This document shows, in pieces, positions 29,001-40,966 of a DNA stretch of 64,000 nucleotides. Position 1 is the stretch's first letter. The number at the start of each line of letters is the position of its first letter. A program made the translations under genes and the position numbers. This stretch comes from Nemertoderma westbladi (taxonomy: Eukaryota > Animalia > Xenacoelomorpha). The notes below the pieces were generated by a model. That model worked only from the letters and a program-made list of their open reading frames with translations, did not search any database and was not told where the DNA came from. The DNA lies in contig JAUCBJ010009012.1 in the NCBI GenBank assembly GCA_032718475.1, positions 1 to 64,000 of the forward strand, written 5' to 3'.

Positions 29001-32000
29001 TGGAATTGGTAAGTGAGTAATGGAAAGGTGGAATTGGTAAGTAGTAATGGAAAGGTGGAAATGGTAATTTATTAATGGAAGGGTAGAAATGGTAAGTGAG
29101 AAAAGGAAGGGTGGAACTTGTAAGGGAGTAATGGAAGGGTGGAACTTGTAAGTGAGTAATGGAAAGGTGGAAATGGTAATTTATTAATGGAAGGGTAGAA
29201 ATGGTAAGTGAGAAAAGGAAGGGTGGAACTTGTAAGGGAGTGATGGAAGGGTGGGACTTGTAAGTGAGTAATGGAAGGGTGGAAATGGTAAGTGAGAAAA
29301 GGAAGGGTGGAACTTGTAAGGGAGTAATGGAAGGGTGGAACTTGTAAGTGAGTAATGGAAGGGTGGAAATGGTAATTTATTAATGGAAGGGTGGAAATGG
29401 TAAGTGAGAAAAGGAAGGGTGGAACTTGTAAGGGAGTAATGGAAGGGTGGAACTTGTAAGTGAGTAATGGAAGGGTGGAAATGGTAAGTGAGAAAAGGAA
29501 GGGTGGAACTTGTAAGGGAGTAATGGAAGGGTGGAACTTGTAAGTGAGTAATGGAAGGGTGGAAATGGTAAGTGAGTAATGGAAGCGTGGAAATGATAAG
29601 TGAGTAATGGAAGGGTGGAACTTGAACGTGAGTAATGGGAGGGTGGAAAAGGTAAGTGAGTAATGGGAGGGTGGAAAAGGTAAGTGAGTAATAGAAGGGT
29701 GGAACTTGTAAGGGAGTAATGGAAGGGTGGAACTTGTAAGTGAGTAATGGAAGGGTGGAAATGGTAAGTGAGAAAAGGAAGGGTGGAACTTGTAAGGGAG
29801 TAATGGAAGGGTGGAACTTGTAAGTGAGTAATGGAAAGGTGGAAATGGTAATTTATTAATGGAAGGGTAGAAATGGTAAGTGAGAAAAGGAAGGGTGGAA
29901 CTTGTAAGGGAGTAATGGAAGGGTGGAACTTGTAAGTGAGTAATGGAAGGGTGGAAATGGTAAGTGAGTAATAGAAGGGTGGAACTTGTAAGGGAGTAAT
30001 GGAAGGGTGGGAATGGTAAGTGAGTAATGGAAAGGTGGAATTGGTAAGTGAGTAATGGAAAGGTGGAAATGGTAATTTATTAATGGAAGGGTAGAAATGG
30101 TAAGTGAGAAAAGGAAGGGTGGAACTTGTAAGGGAGTAATGGAAGGGTGGAACTTGTAAGTGAGTAATGGAAGGGTGGAAATGGTAAGTGAGTAATGGAA
30201 AGGTGGAATTGGTAAGTGAGTAATGGAAAGGTGGAATTGGTAAGTAGTAATGGAAAGGTGGAAATGGTAATTTATTAATGGAAGGGTAGAAATGGTAAGT
30301 GAGAAAAGGAAGGGTGGAACTTGTAAGGGAGTAATGGAAGGGTGGAACTTGTAAGTGAGTAATGGAAGGGTGGAAATGGTAAGTGAGTAATGGAAGCGTG
30401 GAAATGATAAGTGAGTAATGGAAGGGTGGAACTTGAACGTGAGTAATGGGAGGGTGGAAAAGGTAAGTGAGTAATGGAAGGGTGGAAATGGTAAGTGAGT
30501 AATAGAAGGGTGGAAATTGTAAGTGAGTAATGGAAGGGTGGAACTTGTAAGGGAGTAATGGAATGGTGGAAAAGGTAAGTGAGTAATGGAAGGGTGGAAC
30601 TTGAACGTGAGTAATGGGAGGGTGGAAAAGGTAAGTGAGTAATGGAAAGGTGGAATTGGTAAGTAGTAATGGAAAGGTGGAAATGGTAATTTATTAATGG
30701 AAGGGTAGAAATGGTAAGTGAGAAAAGGAAGGGTGGAACTTGTAAGGGAGTAATGGAAGGGTGGAACTTGTAAGTGAGTAATGGAAGGGTGGAAATGGTA
30801 AGTGAGAAAAGGAAGGGTGGAACTTGTAAGGGAGTAATGGAAGGGTGGAACTTGTAAGTGAGTAATGGAAAGGTGGAAATGGTAATTTATTAATGGAAGG
30901 GTAGAAATGGTAAGTGAGAAAAGGAAGGGTGGAACTTGTAAGGGAGTAATGGAAGGGTGGAACTTGTAAGTGAGTAATGGAAGGGTGGAAATGGTAAGTG
31001 AGTAATAGAAGGGTGGAACTTGTAAGGGAGTAATGGAAGGGTGGGAATGGTAAGTGAGTAATGGAAAGGTGGAATTGGTAAGTGAGTAATGGAAAGGTGG
31101 AAATGGTAATTTATTAATGGAAGGGTAGAAATGGTAAGTGAGAAAAGGAAGGGTGGAACTTGTAAGGGAGTAATGGAAGGGTGGAACTTGTAAGTGAGTA
31201 ATGGAAGGGTGGAAATGGTAAGTGAGTAATGGAAAGGTGGAATTGGTAAGTGAGTAATGGAAAGGTGGAATTGGTAAGTAGTAATGGAAAGGTGGAAATG
31301 GTAATTTATTAATGGAAGGGTAGAAATGGTAAGTGAGAAAAGGAAGGGTGGAACTTGTAAGGGAGTAATGGAAGGGTGGAACTTGTAAGTGAGTAATGGA
31401 AAGGTGGAAATGGTAATTTATTAATGGAAGGGTAGAAATGGTAAGTGAGAAAAGGAAGGGTGGAACTTGTAAGGGAGTAATGGAAGGGTGGGACTTGTAA
31501 GTGAGTAATGGAAGGGTGGAAATGGTAAGTGAGAAAAGGAAGGGTGGAACTTGTAAGGGAGTAATGGAAGGGTGGAACTTGTAAGTGAGTAATGGAAGGG
31601 TGGAAATGGTAATTTATTAATGGAAGGGTGGAAATGGTAAGTGAGAAAAGGAAGGGTGGAACTTGTAAGGGAGTAATGGAAGGGTGGAACTTGTAAGTGA
31701 GTAATGGAAGGGTGGAAATGGTAAGTGAGAAAAGGAAGGGTGGAACTTGTAAGGGAGTAATGGAAGGGTGGAACTTGTAAGTGAGTAATGGAAGGGTGGA
31801 AATGGTAAGTGAGTAATGGAAGCGTGGAAATGATAAGTGAGTAATGGAAGGGTGGAACTTGAACGTGAGTAATGGGAGGGTGGAAAAGGTAAGTGAGTAA
31901 TGGAAGGGTGGAAATGGTAAGTGAGTAATAGAAGGGTGGAAATTGTAAGTGAGTAATGGAAGGGTGGAACTTGTAAGGGAGTAATGGAAGGGTGGAAAAG

Positions 32001-33388
32001 GTAAGTGAGTAATGGAAGGGTGGAACTTGAACGTGAGTAATGGGAGGGTGGAAAAGGTAAGTGAGTAATGGAAAGGTGGAATTGGTAAGTAGTAATGGAA
32101 AGGTGGAAATGGTAATTTATTAATGGAAGGGTAGAAATGGTAAGTGAGAAAAGGAAGGGTGGAACTTGTAAGGGAGTAATGGAAGGGTGGAACTTGTAAG
32201 TGAGTAATGGAAGGGTGGAAATGGTAAGTGAGAAAAGGAAGGGTGGAACTTGTAAGGGAGTAATGGAAGGGTGGAACTTGTAAGTGAGTAATGGAAAGGT
32301 GGAAATGGTAATTTATTAATGGAAGGGTAGAAATGGTAAGTGAGTAATGGAATGGTGGAAATGGTAAGTGAGTAACGGAAGGGTGGAAATGGTAATTTAT
32401 TAATGGAAGGGTAGAAATGGTAAGTGAGTAATGAAATGGTGGAAATGGTAAGTGAGTAATGGAAGCGTGGAAATGATAAGTGAGTAATGGAAGGGTGGAA
32501 ATGGTAATTTATTAATGGAAGGGTAGAAATGGTAAGTGAGTAATGGAAGGGTGGAACTTGTAAGGGAGTAATGGAAGGGTGGAAAAGGTAAGTGAGTAAT
32601 GGAAGGGTGGAACTTGAACGTGAGTAATGGGAGGGTGGAAAAGGTAAGTGAGTAATGGAAAGGTGGAATTGGTAAGTAGTAATGGAAAGGTGGAAATGGT
32701 AATTTATTAATGGAAGGGTAGAAATGGTAAGTGAGAAAAGGAAGGGTGGAACTTGTAAGGGAGTAATGGAAGGGTGGAACTTGTAAGTGAGTAATGGAAG
32801 GGTGGAAATGGTAATTTATTAATGGAATGGTGGAAATGGTAAGTGAGTAACGGAAGGGTGGAAATGATAAGTGAGTAATGGAAGGGTGGAAATGGTAATT
32901 TATTAATGGAATGGTGGAAATGGTAAGTGAGTAACGGAAGGGTGGAAATGGTAAGTGAGTAATGGAAGGGTGGAAATGGTAATTTATTAATGGAATGGTG
33001 GAAATGGTAAGTGAGTAACGGAAGGGTGGAAATGGTAAGTGAGTAATGGAAGGGTGGAAATGGTAATTTATTAATGGAATGGTGGAAATGGTAAGTGAGT
33101 AACGGAAGGGTGGAAATGGTAAGTGAGTAATGGAAGGGTGGAAATGGTAAGTGAGTAATGGAAGGGTGGAAATGGTAAGTGAGTAATGGAAGGGTGGAAA
33201 TGGTAATTTATTAATGGAATGGTGGAAATGGTAAGTGAGTAACGGAAGGGTGGAAATGGTAAGTGAGTAATGGAATGGTGGAAATGGTAAGTGAGTAACG
33301 GAAGGGTGGAAATGGTAAGTGAGTAATGGAAGGGTGGAAATGGTAAGTGAGTAATGGAATGGTGGAAATGGTAAGTGAGTAATGGAAT
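26055..33388. repeat. 28-bp purine-rich minisatellite (about 260 units) filling aconitase intron 3
   Basis: Unit GGTAAGTGAGTAATGGAAGGGTGGAAAT with variants. The 28-aa period of the repeat ORFs equals 3 units. Confidence 0.97.
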
Positions 33389-33411
33389 AATTCAAATAAT
33401 TATACACCTAC

Positions 33412-33610
33412 CAGCGGGGGGTTCTAGAACAAAAGATTGTCCCTTGGAATCTGTAATGGCATCGTGTACGGGGTTGAAGTCGAGTCTCCCAGCGAGTACC
33501 ATCGCTGTAACAATCTCTGGCGATGCCACGAACGCGTGGGTTGCGGGATTAGCGTCGTTGCGACCCGTAAAGTTACGATTGTACGAAGTCACTATCGTAT
33601 TCTTCTCCCC
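33412..33610 (-). CDS. ACO2: Mitochondrial aconitase, exon 3
   Basis: [36 protein letters not shown]...LEPPA(G). Acceptor ttttAG at 33611-33612, donor GTAGGT at 33411. 199 nt, phase 0 to phase 1. Confidence 0.95.
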
Positions 33611-33771
33611 CTAAAATGGAGAAAATCGAGAAAATATTCGAATAAAAATGAAAATTATTTCAGGAATGTAAAACTTGTACGAAAAGGTTAATGACTTCCA
33701 TCATCTACAGAAATATCTGTACAGGTACAGTACATAATGGATTCAAATACACAAATGTAAAACCACATTAC

Positions 33772-33917
33772 CAGGAAGTGAGCAGGTTAAATTAGAGTTA
33801 TGTTCTAACCAAAACAATAAACGAAACATAATTTAACTTGTGGTCAATTGCGCCACTATCTGGAAGAAATTGAATAACAAACGAAAACACCCACTTCCAT
33901 CTTCTCTTGCCCCCTGG
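33772..33917. mobile_element. Degenerate MITE-like insert in aconitase intron 2
   Basis: Weak inverted ends (CCAGGAAGTG versus CACTTCC...CCTGG) and the shared core GAGCAGGTTA-N17-AACCAAAACAATAAACG. Confidence 0.4.
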
Positions 33918-33957
33918 GTTCCTGTTTATGTTAATATAATCGGTTTTAACTACGAAC

Positions 33958-34593
33958 CTTTTTCACATCTCGCCGATCCCACTGCCCTATACAGGGGCCA
34001 CACGCGTTGGCCAGCACCAGTCCCCCCACATCCCGCAGCACTGCCGCCTGTCCGTCCCGCTCCACCGTGGCGCGGATCTGCTCGGACCCCGGGGTGATGG
34101 TGAACGCCGACTTGGCTCGCACCCCCCGCCCCAACGCCTGACTCGCCACGCTCGCCGAGCGGCTCATATCCTCGTACGAGGAGTTGGTACAGGAACCAAT
34201 GAGCCCCACCCGGATGTCGAGCGGCCAGCCCGCCTCGCGGGCCACCGCGGCGAGCTGCGAGATGGGCGTGGCGAGGTCCGGCGTGAAGGGCCCGTTCACG
34301 TGGGGCTCCAGGGAGTCCAGGTTGATCTCGATCAGTTGGTCGTATTGGCAGTCGGGGTCGGCGCGCAGCAACTCGCGGTTGGAGTTGGCCAGCCGCGCGA
34401 TATCGCCGCGCCCAGTCGCCTCCAGGTAGCGCTCCATCGACTGGTTGTACGGGAACACAGAGGTTGTCGCGCCGATTTCCGCTCCCATGTTGCAGATAGT
34501 TCCCATTCCGGTGCAACTCATGGTGTCCACACCGGTACCGTAGTATTCTACTATGGCGCCGGTACCTCCCTTGACTGTTAAAATTCCAGCAAC
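33958..34593 (-). CDS. ACO2: Mitochondrial aconitase, exon 2
   Basis: [17 protein letters not shown]...[13 protein letters not shown]...[12 protein letters not shown]...[11 protein letters not shown], containing the three Fe-S ligand cysteines. AG at 34594-34595, GT at 33957. 636 nt, phase 0 to phase 0. Confidence 0.97.
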
Positions 34594-35034
34594 CTAATAG
34601 GTTAATAAATAAATTAATAACATTAAGTCAACTAATAAATTATAATAAGTTAACTAAGTTTGATTAGATTGGGCTAATTAAACATTTCCTTTCTGGTGTA
34701 TCTAAACGGCGGGGTAGTAAATAAAGTATAAATAGTCACTAATTCCTTTATTATTTTCGTTAAGTTAGACATTGTGTATCCTGGGTGGGTATAAATTAGT
34801 GGCATACGGAACCATCGAGTAATTATTACGTGGGATGTTATTTTTTATGAGGGTAGAGGACAAATACTTTTTAAGAAAAAATATTTAATGAATGCTTCAG
34901 ATGTGTTTGACGTCACTTTAAGTTGAGTACATATCAGAAGGATCTATTGGATAAATTTTATTATAAGTTCATCACTAGCATTCAGTCACAAATCAATATT
35001 GCTTTCTATTTTTGCGAAAATTTGTACCTGTTCT

Positions 35035-35103
35035 CTACTCGGGATCGAACTCGCACCCTTTAGATCTGCAACATAATTCCCCCCAACTGAGCCACGTGGG
35101 ACC
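35035..35103 (-). mobile_element. tRNA-derived SINE head or tRNA-like relic in intron 1
   Basis: Minus strand has an A box TGGCTCAGTTGG and a B box AGTTCGATCCC. The cloverleaf is degenerate. Confidence 0.55.
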
Positions 35104-36290
35104 GATGTTGTGGGTTGGGATAGAAGTATTGACAAGACAATTATAACTATCATTATATATATAGGCTTCTTTCCGAGGCTGTTATTATGTATAATTGGCA
35201 GAGCGAGCGTTAGTGAGCCAAAGCTAATCATACATATACGTATAAATTATAATTATATAATTAAACATATAGTGATTGGTCATATGATTAAAGGTAATTT
35301 TTTCACGTAATACGTCATTTTAATTCATAAAATGACCTTTTTACCCTCCTCTGGTAGATGTTGGGTATGTGGTGTGTCTGATAGTACCAGTATACCTAAT
35401 TACCATGAATACTCCACCAAATGTTCGAAGGTAAAATTTTAGGAAAATAAATTTCCTTTATTTCATTTCTATCCATATATTTGTAGGAATAAAGTCCGGT
35501 CTATATTCCTGAGACGTCGGAAGGTTAACAATGATAGTACAGTATTTAAATTTATTCATTTACGTATTGTTTTATTTTATATTTAAACGTCACGTCGTCA
35601 CTCATCACGATTCACGACTCATATGATGCTCCTCTATTTATCATGTAAAGACATCCTTTTAACCTAGAACCCTTATCATATATTTTTCACCATCGTAATT
35701 AATCAAACATTAAATCCTACTTCATGCTCAGCTCATGGTACTTAACTAAACTAGGCCTATAACTTCATTTAAAAGTCATCACTTTAAGTTAAGTCATCAC
35801 TAAAAGTTATCACTTATTGATAATAATACAGTAATAAAGCGAAATTTAAACGTTATAATATTGTCGATAATTGTCGATTTATCCGTCGGTTTAATAAAAC
35901 CTAATTTCGTCGTAAAATAATAATATCTAAATTTACGATTAAAATTACGTAGTCGTAATCTACTGAGGTAGCAGTTACTAAGCTGTCGACTATATATATA
36001 TATGTTGTTGTCGACTAGGTCTTTATAACGCGGCATACAATAATTAATTGCAGAATTATATAACTAGTTCTAAGATATTTTAAGATTTAAAATAAATAGT
36101 TATTGTTTATTGCACCTGGTGTAGTCACTACATTACCGGTAGGTAAAGTACAGAAGTATACTGTCACCTGCAAAAAAATAAAGTTGTAAAATAATTAATA
36201 TAGATAGTCCCGGCCCCGGGAGACTTTATACCTGTAATGAAAGATATCTGTCTGTCCAATAGACCCCCCTTACGGGTAAGTACACATTAC

Positions 36291-37034
36291 CTTTAGTATG
36301 ACGTCCTTGGCCGAAGTCCATCCGTTCATTGACCCTGTTAGATTAACCCCGATAACGCGCGGACACTTTAACTCCCAGGGGATATCAGCCATCACGTCTA
36401 CAGCGTCAGCCCCACCCACCCCGATGCAAACTCCACCCAGCCCGCCGCCGTTGGGGGTGTGACTATCCGTCCCGATAAGCAACAACCCCGGGAACGCGTA
36501 ATTCTCGAGAACGATCTGGTGGATAATCCCGGATCCGGGCTTCCAGAAACCAACGCCGTATTTACCCGCGGAGGTCGATAAGAAGTTATAAACCTCTTTA
36601 TTTACTTCTTTAGCGCGGGCGAGATCTTTATCTCCTCCAACTTGTGCCTCAATAAGATGATCGCAATGGATCGTTGAAGGAACAGCGACGCGAGGTAAAC
36701 CGCTCGATATGAACTGCAACATCGCCATCTGCGCGGTAGCGTCCTGCATAGCAACTCGGTCGGGACGCAGCCGTAAGTAACTGGTGCCACGCGCGATATC
36801 CTGCCCGGAGGGATCCTCTAGATGACCGTATAAAATCTTCTCGGAGAGAGTCAGCGGTCTGTTTAATCGTCGACGGACTACGTCGACTTTCTCCGCTAGC
36901 GAGTCGTAGCTCAGTCGGGTGTCCGGCTCGAATCGGCTCATTGCGACAGCGGCGTATCCGCGGGACGCCGTGCGGAGTCGCGAGAATCGGTAGCCGGCGA
37001 CGAGCGACTCCGTGCGGAGGACAATGGAGGCCAT
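36291..37034 (-). CDS. ACO2: Mitochondrial aconitase, exon 1, with an Arg-rich targeting peptide
   Basis: Motifs [44 protein letters not shown] and [10 protein letters not shown]. Donor GTAATG at 36290. 744 nt = 248 codons. Confidence 0.97.
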
Positions 37035-37549
37035 TTTACCAGTCCGCTAGAACGGTTACTAGGTTACCGTAAACAACCACTACAAACAAAATAATGTCGC
37101 AATGTTTGTATGTGGTATCGGCAACGGTAGGCCTATGTACTGATGTAAACAGAATGAGGATCCGGTAGAGAACGTACGGTAACGTTGAACCTGGGCGAGT
37201 TACTTACACCTGTACACTTACTGCTGTACTGCTCAGTGCAGCAGTGCTCACAGCGGCGGGCAGGATTTCTTTATAATACTACTAGGTACTATATCAGTAT
37301 ATACAGTCTATATACAGTATTTACTATATTACTGCTGTACTGCAGTTACTAAGGTACAATATTATTGGCATTATACTTAGAGTTACGGTCTGACAGTAGC
37401 CTACAATACACAAACAATAATTACTATCAGTTTATCTTTCCAGAAACCGTTTTTTATACTCTTTAGTATTGAGTAAACTATTATTAACTCACAATAATTA
37501 CTACCCTATACCTACAGCCACAGTACAGTATCTATACAAAATAACATCT

Positions 37550-37797
37550 CAATCTCAAATCGGTTTCAGGACTAAACGGACAACTTCCCATGCTCTCATT
37601 TCTCGTCTAGAATTCATTCACAAGTCTCTCGAAGATAAACAATCATCATGTGCAGTTTACATAGACTTATCCAAAGCATTGCGATAGATCATAATAGGGG
37701 AGCTAGAAGCCTACGGTGTTAGGAGTTAGGGGCATACCACTGCAATTATTCACAAGTTTTCTTTCCTCTAGACATCAATTTGTCAAATTAGGAGACA

Positions 37798-37840
<43 letters not shown>

Positions 37841-38300
37841 ACTGGACGCAAAACCCACCTTGGCGAATTCATATCCCGCCTCAATGTTAAATTCTCAATT
37901 TAGGGAAAGGACCAGGTTACAGTGGCACGTTATTTTAACCAAAGCAATAAACTAAACACAATAGAACACTGGTTACAGTTTTATTTTTGAGAGTAATCAG
38001 CCTTTATTTGCTTCGAATTTCCACGGGAGAGGGATGGATTTTTATTGCTTCCAGTCCCCCCCCCCCCCATCTGCAAATTAGGTAACTTTTTTTCATCGCT
38101 AGCGCCACTCCTTTTCTGCGTCCCACTCCCACAAGTGGGTGTGCTTTCTCCCACCTTGTTTCTACTTTACATCAATGACCTTCCAGAGGTCTCCTTCACT
38201 CTCATAAAAATCAAACCTAATAGCCGATCTAAACCTAGAGCTAACTATAAAGTATCTGATAACGCTCTTTCTCTACATTTATCTAAAACCGAGGCCACTT
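37550..38300 (+). pseudogene. Degenerate non-LTR retrotransposon reverse transcriptase (CR1/L2/Jockey-type)
   Basis: Fragments in shifting frames: QIGFR..RTTSHAL, AVYIDLSKA, GVRGIPLQLFTSFLSSRHQFVKLG, VLSPTLFLLYINDLP, NALSLHLSKT. Confidence 0.85.
37793..38073. mobile_element. MITE with poly-G and poly-C arms, inserted in the LINE relic
   Basis: 9-bp direct repeat CAAATTAGG (37784-37792 and 38074-38082) duplicating the RT KLG codons. Inverted arms G(n)AACTGGACGCAA and TTGCTTCCAGTC(n). Carries the shared core motif. Confidence 0.7.
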
Positions 38301-38712
38301 TCTTTTCAAACTATCATTCTACTTGCAACCTACAAAGAGTGGAAATATTTCAATTTTTTGAAAATTTCAATTTTCAAATATTTCAAAAGGCACCTACAAC
38401 TGGAATCCATATAACATTCAACACCCCCCCCCCCCCCCCCCCCCCCCCCCCTCAGGGCACCAACAAACTTCTAGCTTTCTAGCCTTTCCTTCTTTTCCCT
38501 CTATTCAATTATAATTCTTATAAATAACAATGGCTTTGTTTATAATTGGAATATATTATTATGTATAGGGGCCTACTTTATTATTGTTATTTGTTTATTT
38601 AGTTTTAGAAAATATAATTTCAAGTTCATAGAAGTTTAGCTACATGACATAAGACATGCTACAGTATAAGACCAAGGCGTTATATCAGTCATCGGACATA
38701 TTTAAGCACTTT

Positions 38713-38899
38713 GGGATTATTCTGTTTGGGGGCCTCCAAAACCAGGCAGGTTAGTAAAGGAGCAGATTACAGTTTCGTGTTGAAGAACCAAAACAATAAA
38801 CGAGAGTTAGGAATATTGTAGAATAGAAAACCAAATTAAAAACAAAATTTAATTGAGAATCAACAGTCGGGTGTATAGGCCCCCAAACAAGATAGAGCC
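38713..38899. mobile_element. MITE with GG..CC ends
   Basis: Inverted TGTTTGGGGGCCT and AGGCCCCCAAACA. Flanks AGCACTTT and AGCTTTTT match 6/8. Carries the shared core motif. Confidence 0.6.
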
Positions 38900-39779
38900 A
38901 GCTTTTTGCTTAATAACGGTATAGGATAACATTATAGATAGAGATAGACTGCAGTAGTCAACCTCATGTGGTGCCGCTGAAGTTGTTCTTATTTGGTAGA
39001 ATGGTCAGGTCAGTGTTTCTAAGATAATTTTTATTTTTCTGGGAAACTCACCCCAAGGCGCAATCAGCACTCAGGCGACGCTTACTCCCACCATTTCTAT
39101 ACTCCTACCTCTCCGGCGAGACTATTTTTTTTAGAAAACATTACGCCCCCACGTGGGGCACCTGGTGGAACCTTTACTTTGAACAATATAATTGTACTAA
39201 GTATTGATTACAGTAAAATCACAAAAACAGTAATATCACAAAGATATAAATATTGTTTTTTATTTAAAAGACATTTGATATGAGTATGAATAATAAACTA
39301 ATTCATTAATAATTTTAGTCCAGTAGACGCTCAATAGAGCTCCAGGGAGGACCGTGAACTTGGGTCATCACGCAATTTTATTTTCTCAATGTCTTCCCTG
39401 ATAATAATAATGTAAATATTCCAAGGTTGGGATACCTTGGGGAATTTTTTTTACAGCATAAAATACAAGTACAAATGTGACGGGATCAGTGGGATCCCGA
39501 CCGGGTTTGTGGACTACGCGTCACCGCTTAGTTGTGAAATAGAGTTTGTTGCTATCGTTGAATGACAGGGTATTGATAATATTGAATAAACGATAATAAT
39601 ATAATATAACAGCACAGTTGATAGAATTGATGGTATAATGTTGTACCGGTAATAGGATAATATATGTGATGTGTGGTGATGGTAACGGTGACGGTGAAAA
39701 ACATCACCGGTCTGCCCTGAACTGAATGACTGAATAACTAAACTGACCGGTACGGTATGCAATATAATATATGTGATTG

Positions 39780-40930
39780 TCACTCCTACATTACTTTGGC
39801 CTCTCAATCTAGCGGATGCTTCCCTCGCCCTTATTGGCTAATAGTCTAATTCTCGCCTCTCACCTCTGTGGGAGTGCTTCCCCCCCCCCCCCCGCTGCTG
39901 TTACTTTCCCTCTCGAGGTGGTTTGACCTCTAACCTCCCTTTGTGTGGCCTTCGGGGCTGTGCGTTGTCCCCGTTATTGGGTGTCATACGAGATTAGTTG
40001 TGATTAATCTCGTATCTCTAATATTGCTGAAAAGGCGCCACTTCCCAACTTTATGGGGATAGTGAGGCGGAATTGAATCCGCTCACACTCCCCCCATGCT
40101 ATCTTCCCGGTGAGAAGATAGCATCACCTTTGAGTGCGCTTTAATTCCGCTGGAACCCGATCTACTATCGGGTGTGGGGTGGAGTTCTTTTACTTTGAGT
40201 CGGCTTTCCAGGCCGCTCCCTCTGGGTATGATATTACTACCCCCTCTTGGTGCAACTCCAACCTATGTTGCACCAAGACATCTGGCGTCTCGGTTCGAGA
40301 CAATTGTGGATTTCTCTCACACAATTTTTAAGTCTCCTCTCCACTCTAACTGGCTATAACTCCTCGCTACTTCCACTCTAACTTTCGGGCCTCCTTGTCC
40401 CTCACTCTGCCTCTTACTCCTCCCCCCCACATCGAATTGCACCCGTATTCTCTTCACACGCATCAACACCACCTCTCACTAACTCCCCTGCGTTCTATAC
40501 TCCACCCTTATTCGTTCCGCTCCACTCGCTCCTGACGAACCCCACCCTCCCCTTTCGAGTCGTCTAGTGTCTCGTCCTGTCATAGTCAATTGGTCCCCAG
40601 TCCCAGTAGCTAGTTGGAAAAGGTTACATGACTATAGTACTTACTTTGATTATATTGGTTATATGACTATATTCTAATGATTACTACATACGTACATACT
40701 AATTGCACTTTTAATTAAATTTGCACTTAGGAGTTCGTATTACTTCGCATGTGGTGCCTTCCAGGCATCCCCACATCTGCCCCTCCAAGTTCTAGTTCGC
40801 TCCTCCTGTCTTTGGGAACCATCTCAGTTCCTTCCCTCTGTCGTCGTCCTGTCTCGGTCGCTTCCTGGTTGTCGCCGCTCCCTTGTTCTTGTCCTCCTTA
40901 AGGTTCCTCATCCTTGCCCTTATTTCCCTA
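39780..40930 (+). mobile_element. Pyrimidine-rich insert within Academ, probably a deleted I-group LINE with a structured 5' region
   Basis: Composition differs from the flanks. About 40745-40795 translates with frameshifts to ACGAFQASP.SA.QVL, similar to the post-RT GAFRTSP motif of I/Nimb/R1-type LINEs. Boundaries are approximate. Confidence 0.4.
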
Positions 40931-40966
40931 CTGATTCATGTACTGTTATTTAATCGGCGCTAAATT

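Noticed and set aside
26585-33407. 250-aa and 335-aa ORFs ([12 protein letters not shown] repeats)
   Set aside because: Translations of the 28-bp array, which lies inside a GT-AG intron between in-phase aconitase exons.
33375-34581. Several overlapping or antisense ORFs over aconitase exons 2-3
   Set aside because: Shadow frames caused by GC-rich codon usage.
35193-35745. Possible Helentron/HINE-like element (GAGCGAGCG...GCTCAGCTC)
   Set aside because: Only short, weak terminal similarities. Boundaries could not be supported.
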